A stretch of 63,098 nucleotides of DNA, counting the filler, from Intoshia linei (taxonomy: Eukaryota; Animalia; Orthonectida), in the NCBI GenBank assembly GCA_001642005.1. It is 6 parts of 6 records of this genome, joined end to end, with 100 filler letters (N's around TTAATTAATTAA, not from the genome) between each part and the next. Parts side by side here need not be neighbours in the genome. Positions count along the whole stretch, not along the records: positions 15,173 to 30,628 come from LWCA01000908.1; positions 30,729 to 45,391 come from LWCA01000959.1; 4 more parts are not named here. One strand, written 5' to 3'. The notes below the pieces were generated by a model that was not told where the DNA came from, did not search any database, and saw only the letters and a list, made by a program, of their open reading frames with translations. Numbering within the stretch: the stretch's first letter is position 1; each line of letters starts with the position of its first letter. Shown piece after piece: positions 25,601 through 37,216 of this stretch. Both the position numbers and the translations under genes were made by a program.

Positions 25601-28600
25601 AAAAATTTTGGCTGTGTCTATACGACCCAGTTTGGCGACATCTGCATTACATTTTTAGATCATCTTTTAAACCTTTACAACAGTGATTCCCAAGTTGAGA
25701 ACCAACCTGTGGGTATTTTTTGTGGGATTACTTTTTTTTTAAAAAATTAAAATAGTACTAGAATTTTTAAAAAAATGACCATTGATACAGCTATACCCAG
25801 TTAACAAACACAAAAAATTTCAATCTGACAAAGCGACGGCTTCCGGGAAAAGCGCACTTTATAATAAATTTTTTTTATTTGGAAACTATTTTATTATTAT
25901 TATTAAAAAAGTATTATTTTTAACGTGAAAAAAAATTATAAATTAATTTTATCTTATTTTAAGCCGACATGTCGCGACAGTCCCAGAAATTAAAAATACA
26001 AATTCTAAGTCAATTTTTTTTGTGGTACAGCGAGTAAGATAGATTTTACTCTCAGAAATTTGCATCTTGCATTTTACCGTCATAAAAAAATTTATTTCCT
26101 TTATTATATTATTATTAATTTTTATTATTTTATGAACAATAAAATTTAAATATTTTTCCTACTATTTCAAAAATAATCAGGAATTATTTTACTATTTTGT
26201 AAAATTAGCTTTTTAAAAATTTTAATTAAATTATTAAAAAATCTATGGCTCTTATTCTAAAAACCTGACCATCAAATATGTAGTTAAAAAAAACTTAATA
26301 TCAAAATAAGTACTGTAATATGGGTAATGTAGTAAAAAAGGTTGGGAACATTGCTTTACAATGTAAAAAATGGAATTTTACGTTTTGTTTTTGGTGAGTA
26401 ATCTTGGAATGGTTCATGTTATATTTGAAAATATATTATGTCGATTTCGATTTACCAAGTTGATCAATCCTGGCATATAGTACATTTTAATTTATATTTA
26501 GTTGTAATTGTTCCATCAAATGTCCAGATAACTCGTTTAAGGCCAACTTCCTTAAAAGTAAACTGGGAAATGTTGGTACCAAACAGCAATATAAATGGAT
26601 ATGAAATATTTTACAAATTTGTTGATTTAGATGCGAAAATGACAGATGACAAATTAAATTTTTTAAATGTTGATGAAAATATATGGCCAAGTGTTATTGT
26701 TGATAAATCAATATACGAAACAGAACTCTCTTCTTTAATCCCATATAAAAAGTATGTTGTTGCTGTGAGAGCAATTTTAGGAAAAAAGAATTTACCAGGT
26801 CCATTATCTGAGATTGTCCTTTCTGACATGTCAGAACAAGAAAGATTGACAATGGTTTCTGAATTCTTATCAAATGCTGAAAATCCTAGATCTGTAATTT
26901 TATCATGGCGACCTCCTAAAAAAATTGGTTTCAGTCGTTTCAAAATGACATATATGACAAAAGAAAAGGGGCGTGATTCTATTCATGAACATATTTTACA
27001 TAAAAATACTCGAAAAATGTTCATAAAAAATTTAAAACCAAATTCTCTTTACACTTTCAACATTTCTGCATTGTATAATGACACCGGATGGGGTCCAGAA
27101 CGTCACATTGCAATTAAAACTGCTGACGACGACATTGAACCAATGTATAGTCCAATAATTATGTCGTATAATAAAAATGCGACTATCAGCATTGGTTTTT
27201 TAGATTCTCAGAATTTATTACCATTACCTCTTTATTACATTTTAATAGTAATTTCAGATACTTTGGCTGCATCTATTACGCCACATGATCTAGATGTTAA
27301 TGATTTACAGACATCAGATTTGAATAAAACTCCTAGAGACGTTTGGATAGCTGCCAAATTTGCTAAACTACCAAAAACATTTGTTTTGGGAAACGGAGTC
27401 TACCAACCGAAAGATAAATATAAAAATTGGCCTTTATCTAAAAATCAAAAATATAAAGTTTTTCTTAGAGCCTATTTTGATATAAATGAACAAATTAGTT
27501 TTATATCTTCCAATTATTCCAATCTTTTTAAAACTAATGGAAAAAATGTAAAATTGGAGACGAAAACAATTGATCCAATTGTTATTGTTGGTCCAGTGTG
27601 TGCAGTCCTTTTATTGGTGTTGATAATTGTATCTTTACTCATAATTAGGAAAAAACGAAGGGCAAAGTTCAATTTTTTAAATTCTAATCAAAAAATGTTG
27701 CTAGATAGTACCGGTAGTAAAAATGTTTTTGATGTTGAACCTCCCACAAAGATTACGGATACTAAGCTAAATAAAAAAAAATGTTCTATTAACATTAATG
27801 ATTTTGTAATGCTTTTTAAAAGACTTGGAATAGAAGATAATGATAAACTAATTAAAGAATTTCTAGCTTTGGATTGGCCTCAGGATTTTTCATGGAAGGC
27901 ATCGTCTATCCCTGAAAATGCTCTTAAAAATAGATATTCCAATATTATTGCTTATGACCACAGTCGTGTTAAAATTGGACACCACAGATTTACAAATTCT
28001 GATTATATTAACGCAAATTATATTGACAACTACAAATCTTCAAATGCGTATATAGCTACCCAAGCACCTCTCAAAGAAACTATGAATGATTTTTGGGCAA
28101 TAGTGTTTGAAAATAATGTTTCTTGCATTGTCAATCTTGTACAGAATGTTGAAAATAAACGCTGCAAGGCAGAAATGTATTGGCCAGAATTTGGAAGTGA
28201 ACAGTATGGGTATATATCGGTCACCAAGGTTGATGAAATTAAATTGGCGATTTACTCTGTTATAACGTTTGAAATACGCTCATGTGTGAATTCTGGAATT
28301 GGATCTGAGCAATCGCATCAAAATGATGGTTATAATAGTCGTAAAGAAATGGCACAAAATACTGCCAGTTTAAACAGAAAGAATTTCGCAGCCTCGGCTA
28401 AGCGACATGTAGATAAAGTCAAAACTGTAACACTGTTTCACTTTAAAAAATGGCCAAATTACGGTGTGCCAAGTTGTTCTACCTATTTGCTGAGCTTTAT
28501 GAAAAGGGTGCGAAAAATGATGACTGAGAATCCAATGTCGACTACACTTGTGCATTGTAGTGGTGGAGTGGGTAGAACCGGTGTTTACATATCTATCGAT

Positions 28601-29880
28601 ATTTGCCTCGATAGTATTATGAACACATCGTGTGTTGATATCTATGGAGTTGTTAGTCGTTTACGGTCACAGAGAATATATAGCGTCCAAACAGAAGAAC
28701 AGTACATATTTGTTTATAAATCGATATTGGAATTCATTGAAGACGGTGTTACTGAACTTTCTGCAACCCGATTATATTCCAAGTATCAAGAATTGACTAC
28801 CGCAAACAGTTCAACCGATAAAGCCCCAATATACTATGAATATCAAGCTTTGGATGACTGGAACAGTAAAATTATTCAACTTGACGATTTTGCCTTTTCA
28901 AATGTGGATATCAAAGAAAGTAATTGCAAAAATGGAGTCGTTATCGGCCCTTATGAATATAACAGAGTTCATTTTGAAACAATAAATGGAATAGATGAGA
29001 GCAACTTTATCGACGCTAGTTATATTGATGGATACAGAGGAAATGGCGCTTATATTGCATGTTCTAATCCTCATTCTGGCACAGTTTCAAAGTTTTGGCG
29101 AATGCTGTGGTCCAATAATTCCACATTTGTTGTTGTTCTCGATTCCAATTCTTCCACGTCAAATTCACTTTTTGATGTACTTATCTGATTTTTTTATGAA
29201 ATTTTAATATATTGCTTTTATTTTATTTTAAATTTAGAGCAAAGTGTTTAATTCAATTGATTCTTTCTCCAGCGTCTACCAATACTGGCCTCATGATGGG
29301 AAAAAAATACGGCATTATTTTTTGATGGTTGAACCACTAGCCGAATATAACATGATCAAATACACTATGCGAGAGTTTAAATTGACGGATGTTAGAGTAA
29401 GCTTTTGTTTAATTCATTTACATGTTTATTAGTCTGGAAAATCAAGAACTTTACGCCAATTTCATTACCACGAATGGCCATATGGTAAAAACGAACCGAA
29501 CAGAGGCGAAGGGTTTATTGACTTTATCTGCCATGTGCTCAAGACAAAAGAAAAGTTTGGCCAGGATGGGCCCATTACAATTCATTGTCGGTAAGATTAT
29601 TCAGGAAATAAAAAAATATTAAAATATAGAACGGGGTCTGAAAAAACTGGAGTATTTATTGCTTTAAGTATCATATTGGAGAGAATACGCTATGAAGGTG
29701 TTATAGACATTTACCTATGTATAAAGCAACTCAGAATTCAACGTCAACTAATGGTGCAATCTGAGGTTATTTTTTGTGTAAAATAACCATTACTTAAATT
29801 TTTAGCTTCTTTATTTATTTTGTCATCGGGCCTTGTTGGAATACATGGGATCCTTCAACGATGAAACCAACCAACTGTAA
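19648..29880 (+). CDS. Lar: LAR-family (type IIa) receptor protein tyrosine phosphatase: signal peptide, 3 Ig, ~9 FN3, TM, tandem PTP domains
   Basis: Signal [10 protein letters not shown], Ig linker [47 protein letters not shown]1 [15 protein letters not shown] and [11 protein letters not shown]2 [17 protein letters not shown] and [26 protein letters not shown] (LAR-diagnostic). Confidence 0.93.
22470..22650 (+). mobile_element. Helitron family 3' fragment in a LAR intron
   Basis: CGGCAGAGATAGGATGCTGTTTGTACGAAGTACATAACAGTCAAGCTAG|T. Confidence 0.7.
25681..26353. mobile_element. hAT-type MITE in a LAR intron, containing a Helitron internal fragment
   Basis: TIRs CAGTGATTCCCAA / TTGGGAACATTG and perfect 8-bp TSD CTTTACAA (25673-25680, 26354-26361). 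Confidence 0.8.
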
Positions 29881-30200
29881 ATAATCAAATTAAAATTTTT
29901 AATAAACAGTCATTATACATTTTTTTTTATTAATTATTAATTAATAGTTTTTCATCTTAATATATATATAAATATTGGATTTAATTTTGTGATTAATAAA
30001 ATTACAACAGTCAGCCATCGGCAGATCTCGTTACTTTACTTACTGTTTGTAAGAATTATAATGACATCAATCTACTATTTTATGAATAATGCAATCGGTC
30101 TCCACTCTTGCACTCCATCTCTACTAAGAAACTATATCATAAGGTTACACCTGAAACATATTTTTAAATTGTACAATGTAAATACATTAGACGTATGGAG

Positions 30201-30628
30201 CAGAGCCGTCTTAAGCCTCTTCGTGGACCTGGACTAAGTAAAGGGCCGGTGGCCCTTTAAAATTTCGAGCGAAGCGATAAAAAAAATTTAGGTCCGCTGT
30301 TTAGAATACAGAGCATACTGTTGGTTGGAGACTTAGCAATTTATTAGATATTTATAAAAGCATCAAAAGATATTATGTAGGTTTCTAGTAACTTTTATTT
30401 CTTTTACCAAAAAACCTACTTACATTAATTAATGAACAAAGTTTACTTTTTCATTTGAAAATATGCACCATGCAGTCACAAAAAATTCTTGACAAATCTT
30501 CCCAAATCTTGTTTTCTCACCTTTTTCTGAGAGAAATCAGATATGATATTATCAAAACTGATATCATTCCAAATATTCTCAATTGACATTAAGGAAAGCG
30601 CATTCAAACGAGGTTGAGCTAAGCAATT
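30201..30628 (-). mobile_element. hAT (Tip100/ZMYM1-like) element 3' end
   Basis: TIR-like CAGAGCCGTCTTAAG at 30201 and minus-strand peptide QPRLNALSLMSIE...SFDNIISDFSQKKVRK. Cut by a gap. Confidence 0.7.
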
Positions 30629-30728
30629 NNNNNNNNNNNNNNNNNNNNNNNNNNNNNNNNNNNNNNNNNNNNTTAATTAATTAANNNNNNNNNNNNNNNN
30701 NNNNNNNNNNNNNNNNNNNNNNNNNNNN

Positions 30729-31570
30729 ACATCACACTCGTCGAAATCCTCAATGCTGACTTTGAACTGCCTATGATTTGCACTATTCTTTTTGATAAAA
30801 TTAACAACTCTAATGATGGCGCTTGTCACGTTCACTATCTCAAGCGACTTGGCACACAAAGCCTCCTGGTGGATCATGCAGTGATAGGATACAACCCCGT
30901 CGTTGCCTAGATTTCTGGCGTGTTTCTTCAAAAGACTAGTTGCCCCAGATCTAACTCCATACATTGCAGACGCTCCATCGGTTGTTAGTCCGTATAATTT
31001 TTTTAAAATCGAGGTCCAAATGGGATACGACCGTTTTAATGGCTTTGAAGATGTCGACGGCCTTAGTTGTTGTCTTTAACGAAATAAGATCTGCCAATTC
31101 TTCGAACACTTCCATCTCATCCGTAGTGAATCTTACAAATATAGAGAACGATGTCGAATCGTTCACATTTGTGGCTTCATCAAAGGCAAGAGAGAAAAAT
31201 TGGCAGTCTTGTAGCTGTTTTTTTAAAATACCATGAGCAACCTTTCCGAGTTCGGATGTATGTCTACTAACGGTTTGGTGGGAAAGTGCCACGTTTTTAA
31301 CAGCTTTTATTGTCTCTTGATTAACATTTGCGAAGTTTAAAATGTGGTCAAAACATTCTTTAATAACGTTTTCACCGTCGCTGAAGGGTTTTAAACTTTT
31401 TGCAAGGGTAAAGGACACGGCAAAGTAAATTTTTTTAGATGAGGACTCATGGCTGCTTGTGGCAGCAAAAAAATTTAGCAATTTTATGACTTAATACACT
31501 AAATTTTTTTTAATGTTGAAAATTTTCTGTGGCCCACAAGTGGGCGACATGGCCAACGTTGAGAACCCCT
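30729..31570 (-). mobile_element. hAT (GTF2IRD2/SPIN-like) transposase relic, frameshifted and 5'-deleted
   Basis: KPFSDGE, FSLAFDEAT, YHCMIHQEALCAK, HRQFK. TIR-like GTTGAGAACCCCTG ends at 31570. Confidence 0.85.
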
Positions 31571-31995
31571 GCCCTATAATACATGTATTTACTGTAACAT
31601 TAATTATTCACTTTAGATATTACACAATTATTCCAACCTAACATTCAGTAGTCCGTTTTTTTTTATATTTTATAATTCAAATTAAATTGATAATAAATCA
31701 ATGAATAAATCAAAATCATTACTTTTTTTGTATCGTAAATAATTTATTTAAATATTATTATGATTGAACGCATGGATGTAAAGTTTACATTGTAAACGCT
31801 AGTACACGCAAACAAAATTTGATAGAGTTTCATCGGATTCAAATCAACCAGGAATGTTGGGAAAGATGCAACCGTGTGGAGCAGTTGAATGAGAATAATA
31901 GTAATTTAGTTCATAATTAATTAACAAAATTTAATAAATATCAACGATATTTTATAATTTTACCAATAAATATATAAATACCAACAAGAATGCAT

Positions 31996-33259
31996 ATTTA
32001 CTTATATAAAACTCTTTGTTTGTCTGTGTGTGTTATCGTTTATTTCAATAACTAAGAGTCTTAGAATTTTTACTTTTTAATTTGTAATTTAGTAATTTGG
32101 CTTTTTGGTCGTTAAGTTGCCAATTATAAATTTGAAATTTATTTTATATTCTGTACCGAAAAATTGATTTGAATTTTTTTTAAGATTTAAACTTTTAACA
32201 CGTTTCAAACTTGTTACACATGGACTCGTCATATCACATTACCTTTTAAATTTAAGTGAATTATTTCGTTAAATTTATTTGTGCAAAGAATTTTATTGTT
32301 AAAAATTGTTATCCCGTTTTTTTAATCTATTAGACAGAATGTGTGTATAATATTAAAAATAAAGTAAATACAGTACAATCCTAAAAATTGTCATCAACAT
32401 GCTTCCTTTTAAAACAAAAGGTAATTTGTGGTTTTGACCATGAAGATATGCGTTACTAAGGCTGAGATTAACGACAATGTTAATAATTTTAAAACAAGTT
32501 TCAGAATCTGTTTTATAAAAATTTTGGGTTGATTTTGGCATGTCAAACGTCTGGGTCCACATGATGTAATACTATATCAATTCGACGAAATTTTCAGAGT
32601 TCAGAATCAATTAAGATTAATATTCAGCATTTGGCTTATATAATTAGTGAAAATTGTGACAACGATGAATATAGTCTCAAGATTAACGACTGCGGTGAAA
32701 TTTTGCCAAATTCTCAGTGCTGTGTATTTGTAGAAATGAAATCCAATCTAAAAAACTGAAATACTGTTTTTCTGATGAAGTCGGACAAAATTTGTGTCAA
32801 TTCTGATTTTATGCCATCCGTCATAACTCAAAATTGGCCAATTATTTCCATTGATAATGCTGTAACCACAAACACTAAATTATCCCGACGAGTATCGGAA
32901 ATGGGTATATTTAAATCAAAGAGCGTTAAAAATTCAAGTACGAATCCTACTCTATTTAGACAGAGTAGTTTGTTGGGATTCTTTTTCAAAAAGAGTATGG
33001 TTTATATTGTTGGAAAAATTGACGGAACTCTTTTTATAGACAACAAATTTATTAATTTTAAATAATTTTAAACTAAAAGGGAAATTTGGTTTTTAACCCT
33101 GAAGGACTCAAATTATGAAACTGAAAAAAAGATAAAAACACGTCCTGCGAAAAACGATATTATAAATTGGGTTTTTTTTAAATCATGCGACTATCAATTT
33201 TTTTGAATATATGGTTACACACACAAACACACAGACATTCATTTTTATATAAGTCAAGG
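31996..33259. mobile_element. Composite Helitron locus: plus-strand 5' fragment (~31996-32150) facing a minus-strand copy (~32190-33259) with a ~540-bp insert
   Basis: TACTTATATAAAACTCTTTGTTTGTCTGTGTG at ~32000, TATATAAGTCAAGGA|T at 33259, and internal blocks homologous to 885-1845. Confidence 0.65.
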
Positions 33260-36165
33260 ATGTTAATATTAGATTTGTTCAAATCGGCTAAATTCACTTG
33301 ATTCTAATTAAATCGTAAGCTTTATTGTTTGATTAAACAAACAATATTTTCGGCATCAAATCATATAAATAAAGATTTTTTGGTTTGGCTAGTTTATGTT
33401 TGACTACTTTAAAAATATTAAATATAAAGTTAAAACATCATTTAATCCGTTGTTGCACCCCTTAAAATTTTTTCTAACAAAATTTATATAAAAATGGAAA
33501 AAAATTTTGGCACGTGACTACCAAATCGATAAATTATATTTTGTAGCTCTCACCTCAACTTGGTTGGACAAATATGATACTGAATTATGATATATTGAAT
33601 TGAATTATATTTAGGTATTTGTATTTTATCATAAAACTTTTATGCAGTACATTATTTTAGTTTTATTTTTGATATATAAATCCTTTTAAATGACCTGAAA
33701 GCAATGGTTAATATAATACATATCAGTATAACGCTTCATCTGTCAAAAACGACACTTTTAATGTTTCATTGCAAATGATTTGGCACAAGATTTCACACTA
33801 ATTATACAATTACAAATGTATCATACATGAAGACCAAGATAACAAAATAACAAAATAGTTGAAAAATTAAAGATAATTTTAAATATTCAGAAAAGTTATG
33901 CGACGATTCCTAACTTTTCAATGATGCCGATTCCAATAACCAAAATTATTTATAGGGCCTGCAATTTCCGTCTGATCCGGGCCTACTATTGGCTTTCCAC
34001 GGTCTTGTCCCAAAGTAGGATTAGACAAAATAAATTTTAAATTGAAACAAATCGAAATGAACACTGTTCATTGAACAGGTTTAGCAAAGACACAAACAAT
34101 TAAATAAGATTTTGTTTAATTAGTCTAAAACAGAGTTTCTTAACCGGGATGCTGAAAAAATTATTTTTTAATTAAATGCAAAGATTTTATTGTATTGTCT
34201 CAATATTCCTGTCATTCTCAAATTTTTAATTGTATTTATACTTTTTTCAATACTACAACATGTATTAAAGTAGTGTGTCCATAAGTACTTAATTTTAAAT
34301 ACCATAGATAATTAGTCAATATTTTACTTGTAACTTTTCATATTCTTAATTAAGTGAAGTTTTAATAAATTTATATTTTATATTTTATAAAAACACACTT
34401 TATATCGTTTAATTTGGATTACTTCAAATTTATTTTTTCTTTATGCCAAAAAAAATTATAATTGTAAAGAGAGTTTATTAATTTTTACAAATATTTGGAA
34501 AATCATAGTTCAATTTGTAAAAAAATAATTTGCAATGATAAATACCAATAAAATTAACATTTACATTTCATATTTTAAATTGTTAATTCTTTTTAAATTT
34601 CAAATTGTTAGAACTTTCAATTCAAATTTTATTGTTCTTTTTGTTTCTAAGACATTTCGAAAAGTATATGTATTTAGTACTTATAAAATCTGGACACTCT
34701 TTAAAGTCAATTTTTTAAATAAATGCATTATTGTTTTTGATGTACCTCATCAACGAATCATTATCTATTTTTTTAAGTAATTTAAGATTAAATACTATCA
34801 TTGTTCAATTAATTTAATATATAACAGAATTTTATCATTACCCTCAGTGTTGGGCACCCCGCTTTTTAGGACACTTCAAAAATCTGTCCGAAATGTGGTT
34901 ATACTGTACTACAATTTTAAATTATAATAAATTAGTAATCTGGTCGCTAGAATTTGGTTCGAATGGGATAGCACTGAACGAACCATACTGCAGATACCAT
35001 AATACAGAAATTTTAATATAACGACGCGTAATGCACTGTAGCCACTACCACCCATCCATGACTATGGACCAGGCAGTTTAAAATTGACCCACAAAATAGT
35101 TACGATATTAAAAAATATACTTTAATGCTTATTTAGGAAAAAGCTTAAGAATCATTGTTTCACATTGAAAACTCTACAATTTTGTAAAAACAGCTTTTAA
35201 ATACACAATGTGTAATATACACTTGAGAGTCAAACGTAATTACTCCATTGGAGGAATATTTCCTTAAGGCAATATATTTTATACTTTTAAAGTAAATCAA
35301 TTATGAATAAAATTGAAAAATAGAAACGATAAAAGTCCATTTCTATTCATTAGTTAAATTTTTGAATGAAAAGTGTAATAAATATGATTAAAGTTGTATA
35401 AAAATAGCGGGGTGCATACTAGATTACTAATTGGTCACATATAATGGATTTTGACATAATTGAACATCATTTATCATTGAAAATGGATCTATTAGTCAAA
35501 GTTTTATAATTATTTGGCAAGTTTCCCATTGTGTTGATAATTATAAACACAATAACAAAGTGTTTTTATGGATAAAATCACTTTGTTTATACTCGAGTTG
35601 ACAATAAAAGTCGAAATTGAAAAAACAATAAAACAATCAATGACCTGTCCCCGCTGATTTTATTTTATTTATAAAATTTGTAATTCCGTATAGATAATCG
35701 TAAATAATTTGCTCGCGACCTGTCATCTATGAAAAATTATTTAACATTTTCGAGTATTCAGTTTTAATTTTTAAAATACACTTCTATGTAAATAATTTTA
35801 GAAGCTGCCTTAAAATAAGGTCTACATATCTTATTATTATTATATTTTTATTATGTTAAAAAATACCAAATTATAATTACAATTATTATGTTATTTACTT
35901 ATTTGCGCGAATAATAAAGATTTAAAAATTTAAAAGTTTTTACTTGTAAAAATCGTATTTTAAGAGGAAATTATTCAAAAAAACGATTTTTGTCGTTTTC
36001 AGATCAATTCCGTCACAATTGGCATGTTATTTACTTATAATAAAATCGAACCGTAAGGTTAGATCAGGGTTCGTCACGACTGCTTATAACTCCATCTCAT
36101 GAATTTTGATTTCAATATACATAAAATGAGCTCGCTATTTTGTTGTGAGTACCAAGTTGGTACTA

Positions 36166-36337
36166 CAATGATATCTCGATATAGTCACGTTCGATTACTT
36201 CAATTTTAGTTTATTTGGAGTTAAATGTAAAGCCAAAATTACATATCTATGATTGCAAAAAATATTTTTGGTTTAAAATTGTTTCTAAATAAACTAAAAT
36301 TTAAGTAATCGAACATGACTATATCGATATATCACTG
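36166..36337. mobile_element. Tc1/pogo-type MITE with ~55-bp imperfect TIRs and TA TSD
   Basis: TA|CAATGATATCTCGATATAGTCACGTTCGATTACTT ... AAGTAATCGAACATGACTATATCGATATATCACTG|TA. Confidence 0.8.
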
Positions 36338-36423
36338 TACCAACACTAGGAACATTGTAAATTACTCTTCTATTTTATCACTATGCGTGTTATATACTTC
36401 ACTTGCTTGGATGTTTTGTATTT

Positions 36424-36614
36424 AGTATAAACACTACCTAGCTCTGCCGAGGACGGACTTTTCTAATTCTACTAAAAAAATTAAGTCTTAAACAAAAAAT
36501 GCTACTATTCACAAATATTATTATTATTAATGGTTAAAAATATTTTAAAGGAATGGTTCCCAAACGTGTCAAGACAGATAGATATATAAACAAAGGGTTT
36601 TATATAAGTTAGGA
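36424..36614 (-). mobile_element. Internally deleted Helitron copy
   Basis: CCTAGCTCTGCCGAGG subterminal motif and exact reverse 5' end TATATAAGTTAGGA|T. Confidence 0.7.
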
Positions 36615-37216
36615 TATGCAGTACAGTATTAGGATATGTAGTTGGAAATTTTAGAAATGCTAATAAATTTAAAATATTAGCATACGGATAGTGTTAATAA
36701 TGCAGAAAAGAATATTGTTCTCAACTACTAATCTACTCAGTAGGACAAATTGAGAACGTTGAGAATTCTAATTCTAATTTCGAATCAATCTTATAAATAT
36801 GTTGTAATCAGAGAACGTTAATGTTAAATTAATCGTCCAACGACCAAGGTTTTACCATAATTTAAAATACAATATAATATAAGACAAAATTCAAAATGGT
36901 CCACCATTTCATATACCTATTACTTAAAGCCAGTTAAATAAGATTGTTTTTTGTACCGAAACAACTTTTTTTCAGTTCTTAATGGTGTACACATAAAATG
37001 TGTTGGGGATAAATTTGTATATAATACAGTGCATTTGTTTGAATTGAATCCATATTATCAATATTTACAATCAATAATACAAATTTAGGAAAATGTTAAC
37101 AAATAATTTAAAAAAACTGAAATTTATTTCAAATATATCCGAGACAACAAATCCGAAACATCATATATCTAAATAAAAAATTTGAACATATATATTTAAT
37201 AAATATAAATTGTACA

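Noticed and set aside
29177-29272. Possible 8-nt microexon (AGCAAAGT) in LAR D2
   Set aside because: It needs a 27-nt downstream intron, and a simpler phase-2 donor at ~29158 also restores the frame. Undecidable without transcripts.
33260-37200. Low-complexity AT-rich ORFs such as 34535-34780
   Set aside because: I/F/K/N-biased composition with no motifs. The region appears to be decayed repeats.
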